From positions 46,652,645 through 46,712,278 of the forward strand of contig NC_057728.1 of NCBI RefSeq assembly GCF_004010195.1: a stretch of 59,634 bases of DNA, read 5' to 3'. Positions 1 through 10,851 of the stretch are shown here, piece by piece. A program made the position numbers and the translations under genes. Within the stretch, counting starts at the first letter, position 1. Each line of letters starts with the position of its first letter. This DNA is from Chiloscyllium plagiosum. Lineage: Eukaryota. A model generated the notes under the pieces. It had not been told where the DNA came from, did no database searches, and worked only from the letters and a program-made list of their open reading frames with translations.

Positions 1-1050
1 ACCTACCACCCCACCTGTCCTCGAAACCAATGCATCATTCTTAAACACTTCCTCCAAGTCCAACTTGACCCCACCACCAAGAACATCTTCCCCTCCCCAC
101 CCCTCTCTACCTTCCGCAAGAACCGTTTCCTTCTCCAGTCCTTCGTTTGTGCCACTCTCCCCACCAACCCTCCCCCGAACCACCAGGTACATTCCCCTGC
201 AACTGAAAAAATACAAAACCTGCCAGTACACCACCCACCTCATCTCCATCCATGATCCCAAACAGTCCTTCCAGGTGAGACAGAGGTTCACCTGCCTCTC
301 TTCCAACCCAGTCAACTGTATCTGGTACTCCAGTTGTGGTCTTCTCAACACTCAGGGCACGTTTCGCGGAGCATCTCAGCCGGGCCTGCAAGGGTCAACC
401 TGACCTCTCAGTCACTGCCCATTTTAATTCCCCTTCCCAGTCCCTTTCTGACATGACCATCCTCCATTGCTACAATGAATCTACTTTTATTTTAGATTAC
501 TTACAGTGTGGAAACAGGCCCTTCTGCCCAACAAGTCCACACCAACCCTCCGAAGAGCAACCCACCCAGACCCATTCCCCTATATTTACCCCTTCACCTA
601 ACACTATGGGCAATTTAGCATGGCCAATTCACCTAACCTGCACATTTTTTGGACTGTGGGAGGAAACCGGAGCACACGGAGAAAACCCACGCAGACACGG
701 GGAGAATGTGCAAACTCCACACAGACAGTTGCCTGAGGCAGGAATTGAACCCGGGTCTCTGGCATTGTGAGGCAGCAGTGCTATCCACTGTTCTGCCATG
801 CTGCCTGCGAAATCAACCGCAAATTGGAGGAACAACAAATCATCTTCCATCTGGGCAGCCTACAGCCTGGACGACTCAACACTGAATTCTCCAATTTCAA
901 GTAACCTCCCTTCCCTTTCCCCGAATTCCTTCCCAACCCCTCTTCCTCCCTTCCATGCCTCTCAATGACCCTTCCTTCTAGCCACCAAATGGATTCATTC
1001 CTTCCATTGACCAACTAGGTTGCTGTGTTCTTCCAACTTTCTGCTTACCT
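1..1050 (+). mobile_element. Penelope-like element 3' fragment (GIY-YIG endonuclease region), interrupted by a SINE at ~486-805
   Basis: Frameshifted translation KTCQYT...SFQVRQRFTCLSSNPVNCIWYSSCGLL...RFAEHL...VTAHFNSPSQSLSDMTILHC. It resumes after the SINE with RKLEEQQIIFHLGSLQP and is homologous to the better-preserved copy at 7.4-8.1 kb. Confidence 0.85.
486..805 (-). mobile_element. HE1/V-SINE-type tRNA-derived SINE
   Basis: The reverse strand reads ggcagcatggcagaacagtggatagcactgctgcctcaca...gggttcaattcc (A/B-box head), then the V-domain gtttgcacattctccccgtgtctgcgtggg, then the tail cctgtttccacactgtaagtaatctaaa. Confidence 0.9.
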
Positions 1051-1724
1051 ACCACTTGCATTTGTGGCTAATGCTGGGTCTGCATCCACCCGGAGATGCA
1101 GAATGGGCACCATCCTCGAAAGAAGGTAAATAGTATCATGGTCACTCAGACCAGTCAGTCAGACAGCCTTCAGCTGCAGAATGGGGTGGTCTAGGTTGTC
1201 AGTGATGATTGGGGGGTGGTTTGCTGGGAAAGTTGTCATCACCACTGGGGATGGGGACCTGAGCAGACAACATGGCACCTGATTAGGTGAGCCTTCAACC
1301 TTGAGCTCTCAGGAAGGTCACCACATATTACATTTATGGTTGACCCATACTTTAGAGGAACCCATTCATTGGAACTGGTGCTGTGACAGTGGTGGCAGTA
1401 AAAGGCCTTAGTTGTCCAGGCAAGGGGTTCTATGGGCTTGGTGTAAAGGAAGACCATTTCCCACTTTACCCACTGCTCATCAAAGTTCACACCATAGGAA
1501 AAATGGGAAACACTATGCCTGATTACTCAACTCCCCCTACATACATACCTTTCTCTTTACTTCTCTTTCCCCCACTTACCACCCTCTGCCTCCCAACCAG
1601 CTCCTCAATGTGTCATTAAAATTCATCTTCAATAGGTGCTTCAATTAGGAAAGTAAATTGTTGAGCTCCTGTTGTAAATTGAAATGCTGTGTACCCAAGT
1701 CCAGTAGGACTTTGTAAAAAAGAA

Positions 1725-2488
1725 GGTTATGCACTTTGGTAGGAAGAATAGAGTCATAGACTGTTCTTTTTAAATGGGGAAGGCTTCAGAAATCTAAAGG
1801 GCAAATGAACTGAGGAGTCCTAGGTCAAGATATTCTTTAGGTTCACAGGTTAGGAAGGCAAATGCAATATAGTATTCATTTCAAGAGGACTAGAATACAA
1901 GAGTAAAGATTATTGCTGAGACTGTATAAGGCTCTGGTTAGATCACATTTGGAATACTGTGAGCAGTTTTGGGCCCCATATCTCGGGAAGAATGTACTGG
2001 CTTCGAAGAAGGTCCAGAGGAGGTTCGCATGAATAACTCTGGGAGTGAAGGACTTGTCATCTGAGAAGCGTTGAGGTCCTTGGGTCTCTATTCAATGAAG
2101 TTTGGAAAGATGAGATGTGATCTCACTGAAACTTAAAGAATACTGAGAGGCCAAAATAGAGAGCAGATGTTTCCATTAGTAGGAGAGACTAGGACCTGAG
2201 GATGCAGCCTCAGAGTCAAGGGACTGTGCTTCAGAACTGAGTTGAGGAGGAGTTTCTTCAGACAGAGGGTGGTGTGTCTATGGAACTCATTGCTGCAGAA
2301 GACTGTGGAGGCCACGTCATTGAGTGTATTTAAGGCAGAGATGGGCAAGTTCTCGATTACTAAGAGGATCAAGAATTAAAGGGCGAAGGTAGAAGAATGG
2401 GGATGAGAAACATATCAGCTTGTCGAAAGGTAGAATAGACTCAGTGGGCCGAATGGCTTAATTTTGATTCTATATCCTATGGTTTTAT
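1725..2488 (+). mobile_element. CR1-clade LINE, 3' fragment (RT C-terminus and 3' UTR), decayed
   Basis: Motifs ggttatgcactttggtaggaagaat, ctgtataaggctctggtt...gaatactgtgagcagttttggg (LYKALVR.HLEYC.QFW) and tail gggccgaatggc...cctatggtt. Similar to the copy at 31430-32562. Confidence 0.9.
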
Positions 2489-2786
2489 AATCTGAGAAAC
2501 AAGAGATAGATTATTTTGGTAAACTTTCCGGTACTGACATGGCTTTTACTCATAGGGGACTGTTTTGAAAAATAACTATGTGAATTAGGCTTTTAGTAAA
2601 AAAAAATTAGCATTGCTTGTGATTCTAATGTCAAATAGTTTAGTGACTTTTCAGCACATCTGAGACTGTTTACAAACCCCCTTTTTTGTGTGTTTTATTT
2701 ACCAAATTCAATAAGCTTTTGATCTCATGAAAGAAAGGATTGAGTTTTGGTTCTTGATAGTCTGGACTGATAATTGTGCCTAAATA

Positions 2787-2972
2787 CAGATTGGTTCCAC
2801 AGGTCAGTGCAACATCGAGGGCCGAAGGGCCTATACTGTGCTGTAATGTTCTATGTTCTGATATCTCCAAATATAGCTGAGTATTGTAAACCTACCATGT
2901 GAAGAGCCTTGTTGAGGGTATTTCTCAATTATAAGTTGTTGTTTTGAATACTATTTCATTTAAGTCACCTGT
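2787..2972 (+). repeat. ~186-bp direct duplicate of 3959-4144
   Basis: Near-identical to 3959-4144 (offset 1172 bp) with only a handful of substitutions. Contains a CR1 tail joined to L2-like tail sequence. Confidence 0.95.
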
Positions 2973-3639
2973 TAGCAAAGGCTGGTGGCTGGTTTGACAA
3001 AATGAAGCCGTTTGCCTCATTCATTTCTTATCATTTGACCTATTTTTTTAAACTGTTGTGGATTGGATTTTTAAAACGGTGATTAAAATGCATCTCAAAG
3101 GACTGAGAGTACAAGCTAACAGCCACAGTTGAATGAAAATTAGTTATAGAATAGAGAGTACTATTTGACACACTTTTAAATGACACCGAACCAACTGATG
3201 AAGTGAGAACACTTTGGTAATTGAATTTCTATTATACCTGACACAGTGTCTGGATAAAGAACCAGATTCTGTTCATCACCTTGTGTCAGGGGAGCACTAA
3301 ATTGTGTTTTGAAATATTAGGTGCAGTTCTATTTTATGTGACTAAAGAAACAAGCATAAAGTATTGTACCTTCTGGTATCTGAACCTGGGAGAGAAAGAG
3401 CCATGTTATTTGAATTAATTACATCTGCGTGGACTGTTGCCTTGGAACAGTTTAATTTGATGGAATATAATTTTATGTGGGATGTTACACACGACTTCTT
3501 CACCACCAGCAAAGCCAATTCATATGTTGAGTTTAGAGTTGCATGGCCCAGCAGCAGGATGTTGGTTGTCAAGCAATATCATGATTTTAAAATTTTCAAC
3601 TTTGCTTTCAAATTGAAGTAACATCACACTTCACTGTTT

Positions 3640-4113
3640 CTTGTAATCCCCTGCAGCCCAAAATCCTCCAAGATCCCTGCACTCCTCCAAATCTAGCCTC
3701 TGAGTATCTCTGAGTTTTGTTGCTCTAATGTTGGTGAGTGTGCTTTTAGATCTCTAGGCCCCAAACTCCTGAATTCCCTTCTTACGCCTCTATACTTCAT
3801 AACCTCACTTCCATTTCTTTAAAGCAATAATTAAGCTCTATCACTTTGACCATGTTTTTGGTCATCTTCAGTAATAGACACACCAAGTGTAAGGGCATTT
3901 AAATGGTAACTGAATAAACATGTGGATGAAAATGGAATAATGTAGGATAGAAAGGCTTCAGATTGGTTCCACAGGTCGGTGCAACATCGAGGGCCGAAGG
4001 GCCTATACTGTGCTGTAATGTCCTATGTTCTGATATCTCCAAATATAGCTGAGTGTTGTAAACCTACCATGTGAAGAACCTTGTTGAGGGTATTTCTCAA
4101 TTATAAGTTGTTG
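3640..4113 (+). mobile_element. L2-type LINE 3' end, split by a CR1 tail at ~3885-4031
   Basis: cctgcactcctccaaatctagcctc...ctaggccccaaactcctgaattccctt...ctttgaccatgtttttggtcat. Resumes after the CR1 insert with tgtgaagaaccttg...aagttgttgtt. Confidence 0.6.
3885..4031 (+). mobile_element. CR1 LINE extreme 3' tail
   Basis: gggcatttaaatggt...ggcttcagattggttccacaggtcggtgcaacatcgagggccgaagggcct...ctatgttct. Same tail as 51505-51885. Confidence 0.8.
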
Positions 4114-4184
4114 TTTTGAATACTATTTCATTTAAGTCATCTGTAAGATATTAAAATTTGCTTCACTGCCAATGACATACAGGT

Positions 4185-4390
4185 ATTTAGATTTAGATTT
4201 TATTGTCACGTTTACTCAAGTACAGAAGTACAGTGAAAAGTGTGTAATATCGCCACACATGGTGCATCTTTGGTATAAAGGTACCGAGGTATTAAAAACT
4301 CAGCTACAAAGTAGTAAAAGATATAAAGTCAAAACAAAAGTTCAGCATTACCTTCATAGAATAAGTAGAAAAATAAAGAAATGAGGTAAT
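4185..4390 (-). mobile_element. Copy of an unclassified non-autonomous repeat with a Rex1/Babar-like tail
   Basis: Reverse complement aligns with 33530-33655 (ggtacc..ataccaaagatg...cactgtact...gtacttgagtaaacgtgacaataaa..tctaa). Confidence 0.7.
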
Positions 4391-5383
4391 AGTTAACATT
4401 AAAGGTATGGACTGATGGATATTTTATACAAATAGTTTACAGTCTGATGACTTTTAACTTTTTTTTTAATTGGTGGAGCATTTGATTTAACTTCGGTCAA
4501 TATAAATAGGAAGAGGAAATTTTGATATATTTTTTAAAATCCTTAGAAACATAAGTGCTGAGCTTTCAAAACATATGCCATATTCCCATAATCGTTACAA
4601 TTTTCAGTCAGAAAATACAAAAAAAAAAATCATTTTCCCTCAGGCGTTCATTTTAAAATAATTACAATGCAAACTTTCTGGTCTATGGATTGTCAGAGAT
4701 GGGGGAGCTGTGAGACCCTGTAGAGGTCCTGATGCACTGAACTCTGTGTATGAATTGCCTGGGCAATTTGACTTCCACTGATCCTTAGGATCCTTTGTGA
4801 ACATCTCTGACCCTGAGCTCGGAGACTTTGATCAGTTCCTGATATATCTATTGTTAGATGGTTACCTAGCAAATGTTGGACAGAATAAAGCTATGTTTAA
4901 CTCCCTGATTAACTATACAACGGACTCATCAATCCTAGCCTCTCCCTCTCCTTTTCCAATGATTCAACTAATTCCCCATGCTGCCCGTCTCTGTGAGACA
5001 ACAGTATATGCATAGAGGAATATAGAGCAGACGCATTTAGAGCTCTATAAAACACAACTAATCTATTAAGTACTTAAGGAAATAATACAAGCCTTTAACT
5101 ACAAGAGATATCTCAACCACTGTCCTTTACTACCTTGGGTTCTGTAAACAACTCCAAACGCTAATATCCAGGAAAGTTGGCAGCTGACCAGGCTGGAACT
5201 TTTCTTGATGACGTCACCATGCCTCCTGATGTAGGGTACCTCTTCACAGTTATTAGTCTCAAAGTCACTGCTAAAGTTGAGGGTTTCCTGGGTGGCTTTT
5301 ATAGAATTCAGACCTGCCAAGTTGGCAATCCGATTTCCCTATTTGGAATTGCTTGTTCAATTAAACATCCAACTATCATCTCA

Positions 5384-5815
5384 CCCACCTGCCACCTCAC
5401 CTACCTACAACATGCTCACCTGCCACCTCACCTACCTACCAACATACCCACCTGCCACCTCACCTACCAACCCGTATACCCACATGCCACCTCATCTACA
5501 TATCAGTGTACCCACCTGCCACCTCACCTACCTACCAGTATACCCACCTGCCACCTCACCTACCTACTAGCATACCCACCTGACACCTTACCAACCTACC
5601 AGTGTACCCACCTGCCACCTCATCTACCTACCCACATATTAACCTGCCACCTCACCAACCTACCAGCATACCAACCTGCCACCTCACCTACCTACCAGCA
5701 TACCCACCTGCCACCTCACCTACCTATCGGTGTACCCGCTTGCCACCTCATTTACCAACCCACATATTAACCTGCCACCTCACCAACCTACCAGGATACC
5801 CACCTGCCACCTCAC
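5384..5815. repeat. Minisatellite, 32-bp unit cccacctgccacctcacctacctaccagcata, ~13.5 copies
   Basis: Units are directly readable. The array produces the spurious repetitive ORFs 5177-5770, 5277-5570 and 5602-5850. Confidence 0.95.
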
Positions 5816-6146
5816 TGACTTGTCGCCTCTCCGTTCCAACTCTCCATTGAAATGACAGAATGTGAGGCAAACCTGTTGGGGTAGCTCTGTCAATTAAACA
5901 TGCAATTGGTTCAGTACTGAGAAATGATGTAAACTTGAAAGACAAAAATGTACAAGAAGGGGTAACTTTTTTTGCCTTGTGAACTGACCACAGTGTCCCC
6001 AAAGCAGTCCCTGGCAGCATCCTGGTGCAGACTCTGTCAGATCGAGAGCTGGGACCAGCTGGAATGATTCCTGATTTTTAACAAGGGATCCTAATCCCAT
6101 GTGCTGTATCCATAAGGATATTTGGATTTCCAAGAGGCATCAGATT

Positions 6147-6463
6147 GTGGTGGCTCAGTGGTTAGCAGTGCTGCCTCACAGCACCATGGACCCGGGTTTG
6201 ATTCCAGCCTCAGGTGACTGCGTGTTTGGAGTTTGCACATTCTCCCTGTGTCTGCGTGTGTTTTGTCTGCGAGTTCCAGTTTCCTCCCACAGTCCAAAGG
6301 TGTGCAGGTTAGGGTGGATTGGTCATGCTAAATTGCACATAGTTTTGAGGGATGTGTCAGCTAGGTGCATTAGTCTGGGGTAAATGTAGAGTAGTAGGGG
6401 GAACAGGCCTGAGTGTGGATTTCTTGGGCCAAAGGGTCTGTTTCCACACTGTAAGGATTCTAT
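6147..6463 (+). mobile_element. HE1/V-SINE-type SINE
   Basis: gtggctcagtggttagcagtgctgcctcacagc...gggtttgattcc head, V-domain, and tail gggtctgtttccacactgtaaggattct. Confidence 0.9.
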
Positions 6464-6539
6464 ATCGATATTAACATTCACATGAATAGTCATCATAACC
6501 CCATGTGCTATGCACTGCTCCCAAACACAGCATCTGATT

Positions 6540-7010
6540 CCAATCCGGTCTGTGATGCAGGAGCCTCTCAGTGTCAGGGGGAGCACTTTATCTTCGATGA
6601 CCCAACTTTTAACTATCCGACGCTCCCCTACCTGGAGAGTGGAATCAAAGGTAAAGGTAGCAGCCTGGAGACTGGGCGGGAGCAGAGTGAGCAGGGGCAG
6701 ATTCCTGGAATGGGAGCAGAGTGTGTGCTGGATGGATTCCAGCGTGTGGAAGCAGTGTGGTCTCATGTTGTGAAGCCAGCAGGCAACTGATTCATGTTGG
6801 AAAAGGGCTAAGCTTAAGTACTTTATGCTCACTTTTTATTATCATTCCGGACTTTTCAAACTCTATTCCAATGCTAACTTTTTAACTCTGTGACAACACT
6901 TAAAGTATCTATAGCTGGGTACTCTGTATCTAAGATGGTGCTGAGAGGCAATATTACAAACCTTTCAATGCACTCATTCGTGTGCACCTGACAATAAAGG
7001 TTATTCTCTT
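6540..7010 (+). mobile_element. Diverged member of the repeat family seen at 33074-33655 and 4185-4390
   Basis: GC-richer body, then ctaactttttaactctg...ctaagatggtgct...cctttcaatgcactc...cctgacaataaaggttattct, collinear with the 33.5-33.65 kb tail. Confidence 0.5.
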
Positions 7011-7431
7011 CTATGAGTTGTCTATAGGCCTCTGAATAGTATTTATACTGTACTGTTGGGCAAAATATACAAGAAAAAATAAACTTGATGTGTAAGAAAT
7101 ACACTGCAATAATCATGGATGACTTTAATCTACCTGTAGATCAGGCAAAGCAGATTTGATAAAGGTGCATGGAAAATGAGTTCATCAAGTATCTTAAGGA
7201 TTTTTTTTAGGGAAGTACATTCTAGAGTTAACCAGGCTATTTGCAATGCAACCAGATTAATCAATAACCACGATGTGCCAGTGATCAAGGCAGAATAAAA
7301 TTTTGCATTCTGTTTGAGAGGGAGAAATGTGGGTAAATGACCAGTGTTTTAATTCTTAAATAAAGATAACTAGGAGGGTATGAAGACAGAGTTGGTGCAG
7401 ATGAACAAAGCAACTAGGTTAAAAAGTCGGT

Positions 7432-8072
7432 CCAGATTGTGGTGCTGGAAAAGCACAGCAGGTCAGGCAGCATCCGAGGAGCAGGAAAATCGACATTTCA
7501 GACAAAAGCTCTTCATCAGGAATGAAGCTAGCTGGAAGGTTGGAAGGGGGGTAAGGTGGGGGGGAGGGGAAATTAGGAAACTGGTGAAATCTACATTGAT
7601 ATCATGGGGTTGGTGGGTCCTGAGGCAGAAGATGAGACGTTCTTCTTCCAGACATCGGGTGGTAAGGGAGTGGCGATGGAGGAGGCCCAGGACTTGCATG
7701 TCCTCAGCTCAATGGAAGGGGGAGTTAAAATGTTCAGCCACGGAGCATTGGAGTTGATTGGTGTGAGTGTCCAGAATATGTTCTCTGAAACGCTCTGCAA
7801 TTAGGCGTCCTGTCTCCCCTATGTAGAGGAGACCGCGTTGGGAGCAATGGATATAGTAAATGACATGTGTGGAAGTGCAGGTGAAACTTTGATGGATGTG
7901 GAAGGCTCTTTTAGAGCCATGGATGGAGGTGAGGGGGGAGGTGTGTGTGCAGGTTTTGCAATTACTGTGGTGGCAGGGGAAGGTGCCAGGAGGGGAGGGT
8001 AGGTTGGTAGGGGGCATGGTCCTGATGAGGGAGTTGGGGAGGGAACGGTCTTTATGGGGTGGGGAGGGAAAT
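7432..8072 (-). mobile_element. Penelope-like element 3' part: GIY-YIG endonuclease plus pseudo-LTR
   Basis: ORF 7709-8017(-) GTFPCHHSNCKTC...FTCTSTHVIYYIHCSQRGLLYIGETGRLIAERFREH...VAEHFNSP is a Penelope-type GIY-YIG domain. Flanked by a degenerate TSD aaaagtcggtc / aaaagtaggtc. Confidence 0.92.
7484..7523 (-). ncRNA. Minimal type I hammerhead ribozyme motif (degenerate) in a Penelope pLTR
   Basis: Minus strand CTGATGA-A-GAGC-TTTT-GTCT-GAAA-T-GTC. Stem II is imperfect. Confidence 0.55.
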
Positions 8073-10433
8073 ATAAAAGTAGGTCAGTAGAGTTGCAGTG
8101 ATAAACTTAAAAAATTATTAAATCACTCTCAGCAAGGATTTATCTGAGAGTGGAACAAGCGCTCATTGTGAAAGATGTATCATCGATACCTAAATAAGGA
8201 AGTTATATTGTTAAATTGAAAGGAGCATTGTTCAGATTGGCAAAGAACAGAGGTAGGTTGGGTGATTGGATAGACTTTAAAAACCAGCAAAGAATGACTT
8301 AACTGATAATAAAGAAACAGATAGCAAAATATGACAGAAAGCCAGCTAGAAAAATAAAATTAATAGTAAGAGCTTTGCTAACTGTTTGAGTGGGGAAAGA
8401 GTCACTAAAGCTAATGTTTGTCCTCTGGGAAGTGTTTCTGCAAAATTAATATTAAAAAAGAATGATAGGAGTTTTGAATATGCTATTTGTGATTGTCTTT
8501 AATGTAGAAGATGTAGAAGACTTCAGAAAGATAATAGAAAATCAAGTGGTGATAAGGAGGGATGAATTTAAAATAATCACCAACACCAGGGAAAAGATGC
8601 AAGGAAGTCAATTGAACCTAAAGGCTTACAAGTCCCAAGAATTGGATGGTCTATATCCATAGATCTTAAAATAAGTAATGGCCTGTGCAATAGATGCATT
8701 GGCTGTAATCTTCAGCAAAAAAAACCACCAAATTTTTGAAGTGTCCTAGTGAATTGGAAACTGGCAAATGTCATCTTTATTCGAGAAAGAAAGATGGAAG
8801 AAAAACAGGAAACTTAAGGGTGGTAAGCCTAATATGTGTTATAAGGAAGGTGCCAGAATCAACCATTCCGGCAATTATAGCCAGATATTCAGAAAATCAC
8901 AATGCGATCAGGCGAAGCCAACTTGGAATTCTGAAAGGGAAATCATGTTTAACTAATAAAGGAGTCACTCTAAGAAAAAGCTGTCTTCCTTTTAAGATGG
9001 AGATGAAAGTCTTATTTTCTTTCAGAGTGTGAATTCTCCTCCCCAGGGTTATGGAGTACAGAGAGGAAAATGGAGTAGAGTCTACAACCTGATCGGTATA
9101 ACCATATTAAAGATTAGAGTAACTTCAAAGTGTCAAATAGCCTACTATAGCATCTATGTCCTCTATTTCTCTCCTACAACTTCACCTATCTACCATCTTA
9201 CCCATTTGCCACTTCACCCAATTGTCACTTCAAACTATTTAGCTGCCACATGATCTATCCATTCCACCCCCACCCCACTCATCTACTGAATTATATTGAC
9301 CACTGCACCCACTTAGCCATTTACCCACCTTATCCATTTACTCATTCATCCACACATTCCAGCATTCACCCAATCACTAACATTCAAACTGGATATTTAA
9401 ACTGATCATATACTAGTCAGTACCATGAAAAGGAGAAGTGTCATTTCTCACCCTGGTCTCTGAGGAATGCTACAGTCCATATTTTTGGTATGGTGCTGGG
9501 CTCGGTAGGTGCTAAAAGAAATGCAGAGCATCATTGAATCAGGAGAATGTTCAAGAGGAGCAGAGATCAGGTGATGGTTAGTGCTCCTTGAAAGATCCTG
9601 CCCAATATGCTACATCTATATGACTTCAAGGTCTTTTAAAGATAATTTTTACATCCTATAAGTGATATCAGATTGTCCTATGGTATTCATAATAATTACT
9701 GCAAACTGCCATTGATTGCCATTGTCCCTTTGAAAGCAAATTATTAGCAACTGTAAGTTAATTAAACTGCAATATGTAACCCACAATAAATAAAGCAAGT
9801 ACTTTGTGCATTAACAGATCTTCTCATTAAGACTAGAATGTAACGCTGTTAATGTATGTGCGAGGTGCTGCAAAGGTTGAATGACATGCTATGAGCTAGA
9901 TGTTCTAATGAGCTTAGGAAAACGGTCCCACTTTTGTACCTACCACACCTGACCATCAGTGATATTGCCTGGGATTTTATTGTTTCAAACAGAGGCTGAG
10001 TTCACAGGTCTTCCATGGTTCACCAACACAGCAGCCCATCTCCCAACAACATTGAATGGCCTCCAAAAACATAACTCCTTATCCCCCCACCAAAAACCAT
10101 GCTCCCTCAGATCACCGAGTGCCACCTCATATCCCTTCCTAAGTACTTTCCATAGTTACTTACATTGCACAGTCCTCAGCGTAATGCAATAGCATGTCTT
10201 TTGCAGTATGTTACATTACAAAAAATCTTTTTGATCACCTTAGTATTGAATGGTTTTGCAGTCATTTGGAAAAAAAATAGATTTCTAACGACCTAATAAA
10301 ATGCTGGTATTAAAGCCATGACCATATGAGAAAAATCTACTCTAACATAACATAAAGTTCAAAGTTTGTGAGAAGATTTGTAGCTCGGGTGCTCGTTATT
10401 GTGGTTCTGTTCGCCGAGCTGGGAATTTGTGTT

Positions 10434-10473
10434 GCAGACGTTTCGTCCCCTGTCTAGGTGACATCTTCAGTGC
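10434..10473 (-). ncRNA. Minimal hammerhead ribozyme motif, core intact
   Basis: Minus strand GCA-CTGAAGA-T-GTCACCT-AGAC-AGGGGAC-GAAAC-GTC/TGC: CUGANGA and GAAA core, stem II, palindromic ACGT loop, GUC cleavage triplet and short stem I (GCA/UGC). Confidence 0.75.
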
Positions 10474-10811
10474 TTGGGAGCCTCCTGTGAAGTGCTTCTG
10501 TGATGTTTCCTCCGGCATTTATAGTGATTGTATCTGCCGCTTCCGGTCATCAGTTCCAGCTGTCCGCTGCAGTGGCCATGAATTCGACTGGGACAACACT
10601 ACTATTACAGGACAAGCCAAACAGAGAACAGGCAGGGAATTCCTAGAGGCATGGCATTCATCCACAGATTCAATCAATAAGCACATCGACCTGGACCCAA
10701 TATACCGGCCACTGCAGCGGACAGCTGGAACTGACAATCGGAAGCAGCAGATACAAATCACTATAAATGCCGGAGGAAACATCACAGAAGTGCTTCACAG
10801 GAGGCTCCCAA

Positions 10812-10851
10812 GCACTGAGGATATCACCTAGACAGGGGACGAAACGTCTGC
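10812..10851 (+). ncRNA. Minimal hammerhead ribozyme motif, mirror copy
   Basis: GCA-CTGAGGA-T-ATCACCT-AGAC-AGGGGAC-GAAAC-GTC/TGC, with one mismatch at the base of stem II. Confidence 0.68.

Larger units (their letters stand above)
7050..9170 (+). mobile_element. Heavily decayed, internally deleted CR1 LINE (endonuclease to RT remnants), hosting a Penelope insertion
   Basis: Motifs aatcatggatgactttaatctac (IMGDFN-like), KSQELDGLYP, ggaaactggcaaatgtca and aagggaaatcatgtttaactaat (KGKSCLTN). Confidence 0.75.

Noticed and set aside
5384..5815. CRISPR-like periodicity
   Set aside because: The units are contiguous with no unique spacers, the context is vertebrate, and there are no cas genes.
5177..5850. 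Longest ORF (197 aa) and overlapping His/Pro/Thr-rich ORFs
   Set aside because: They arise from translating a 32-bp C/A-rich minisatellite that lacks stops. The unit is not a multiple of 3 and there are no gene signals.
6147..6220. tRNA-like sequences here and at ~730-805, 52340-52412 and 58455-58515
   Set aside because: They are SINE heads continuing directly into V-SINE bodies, not complete tRNA cloverleafs.
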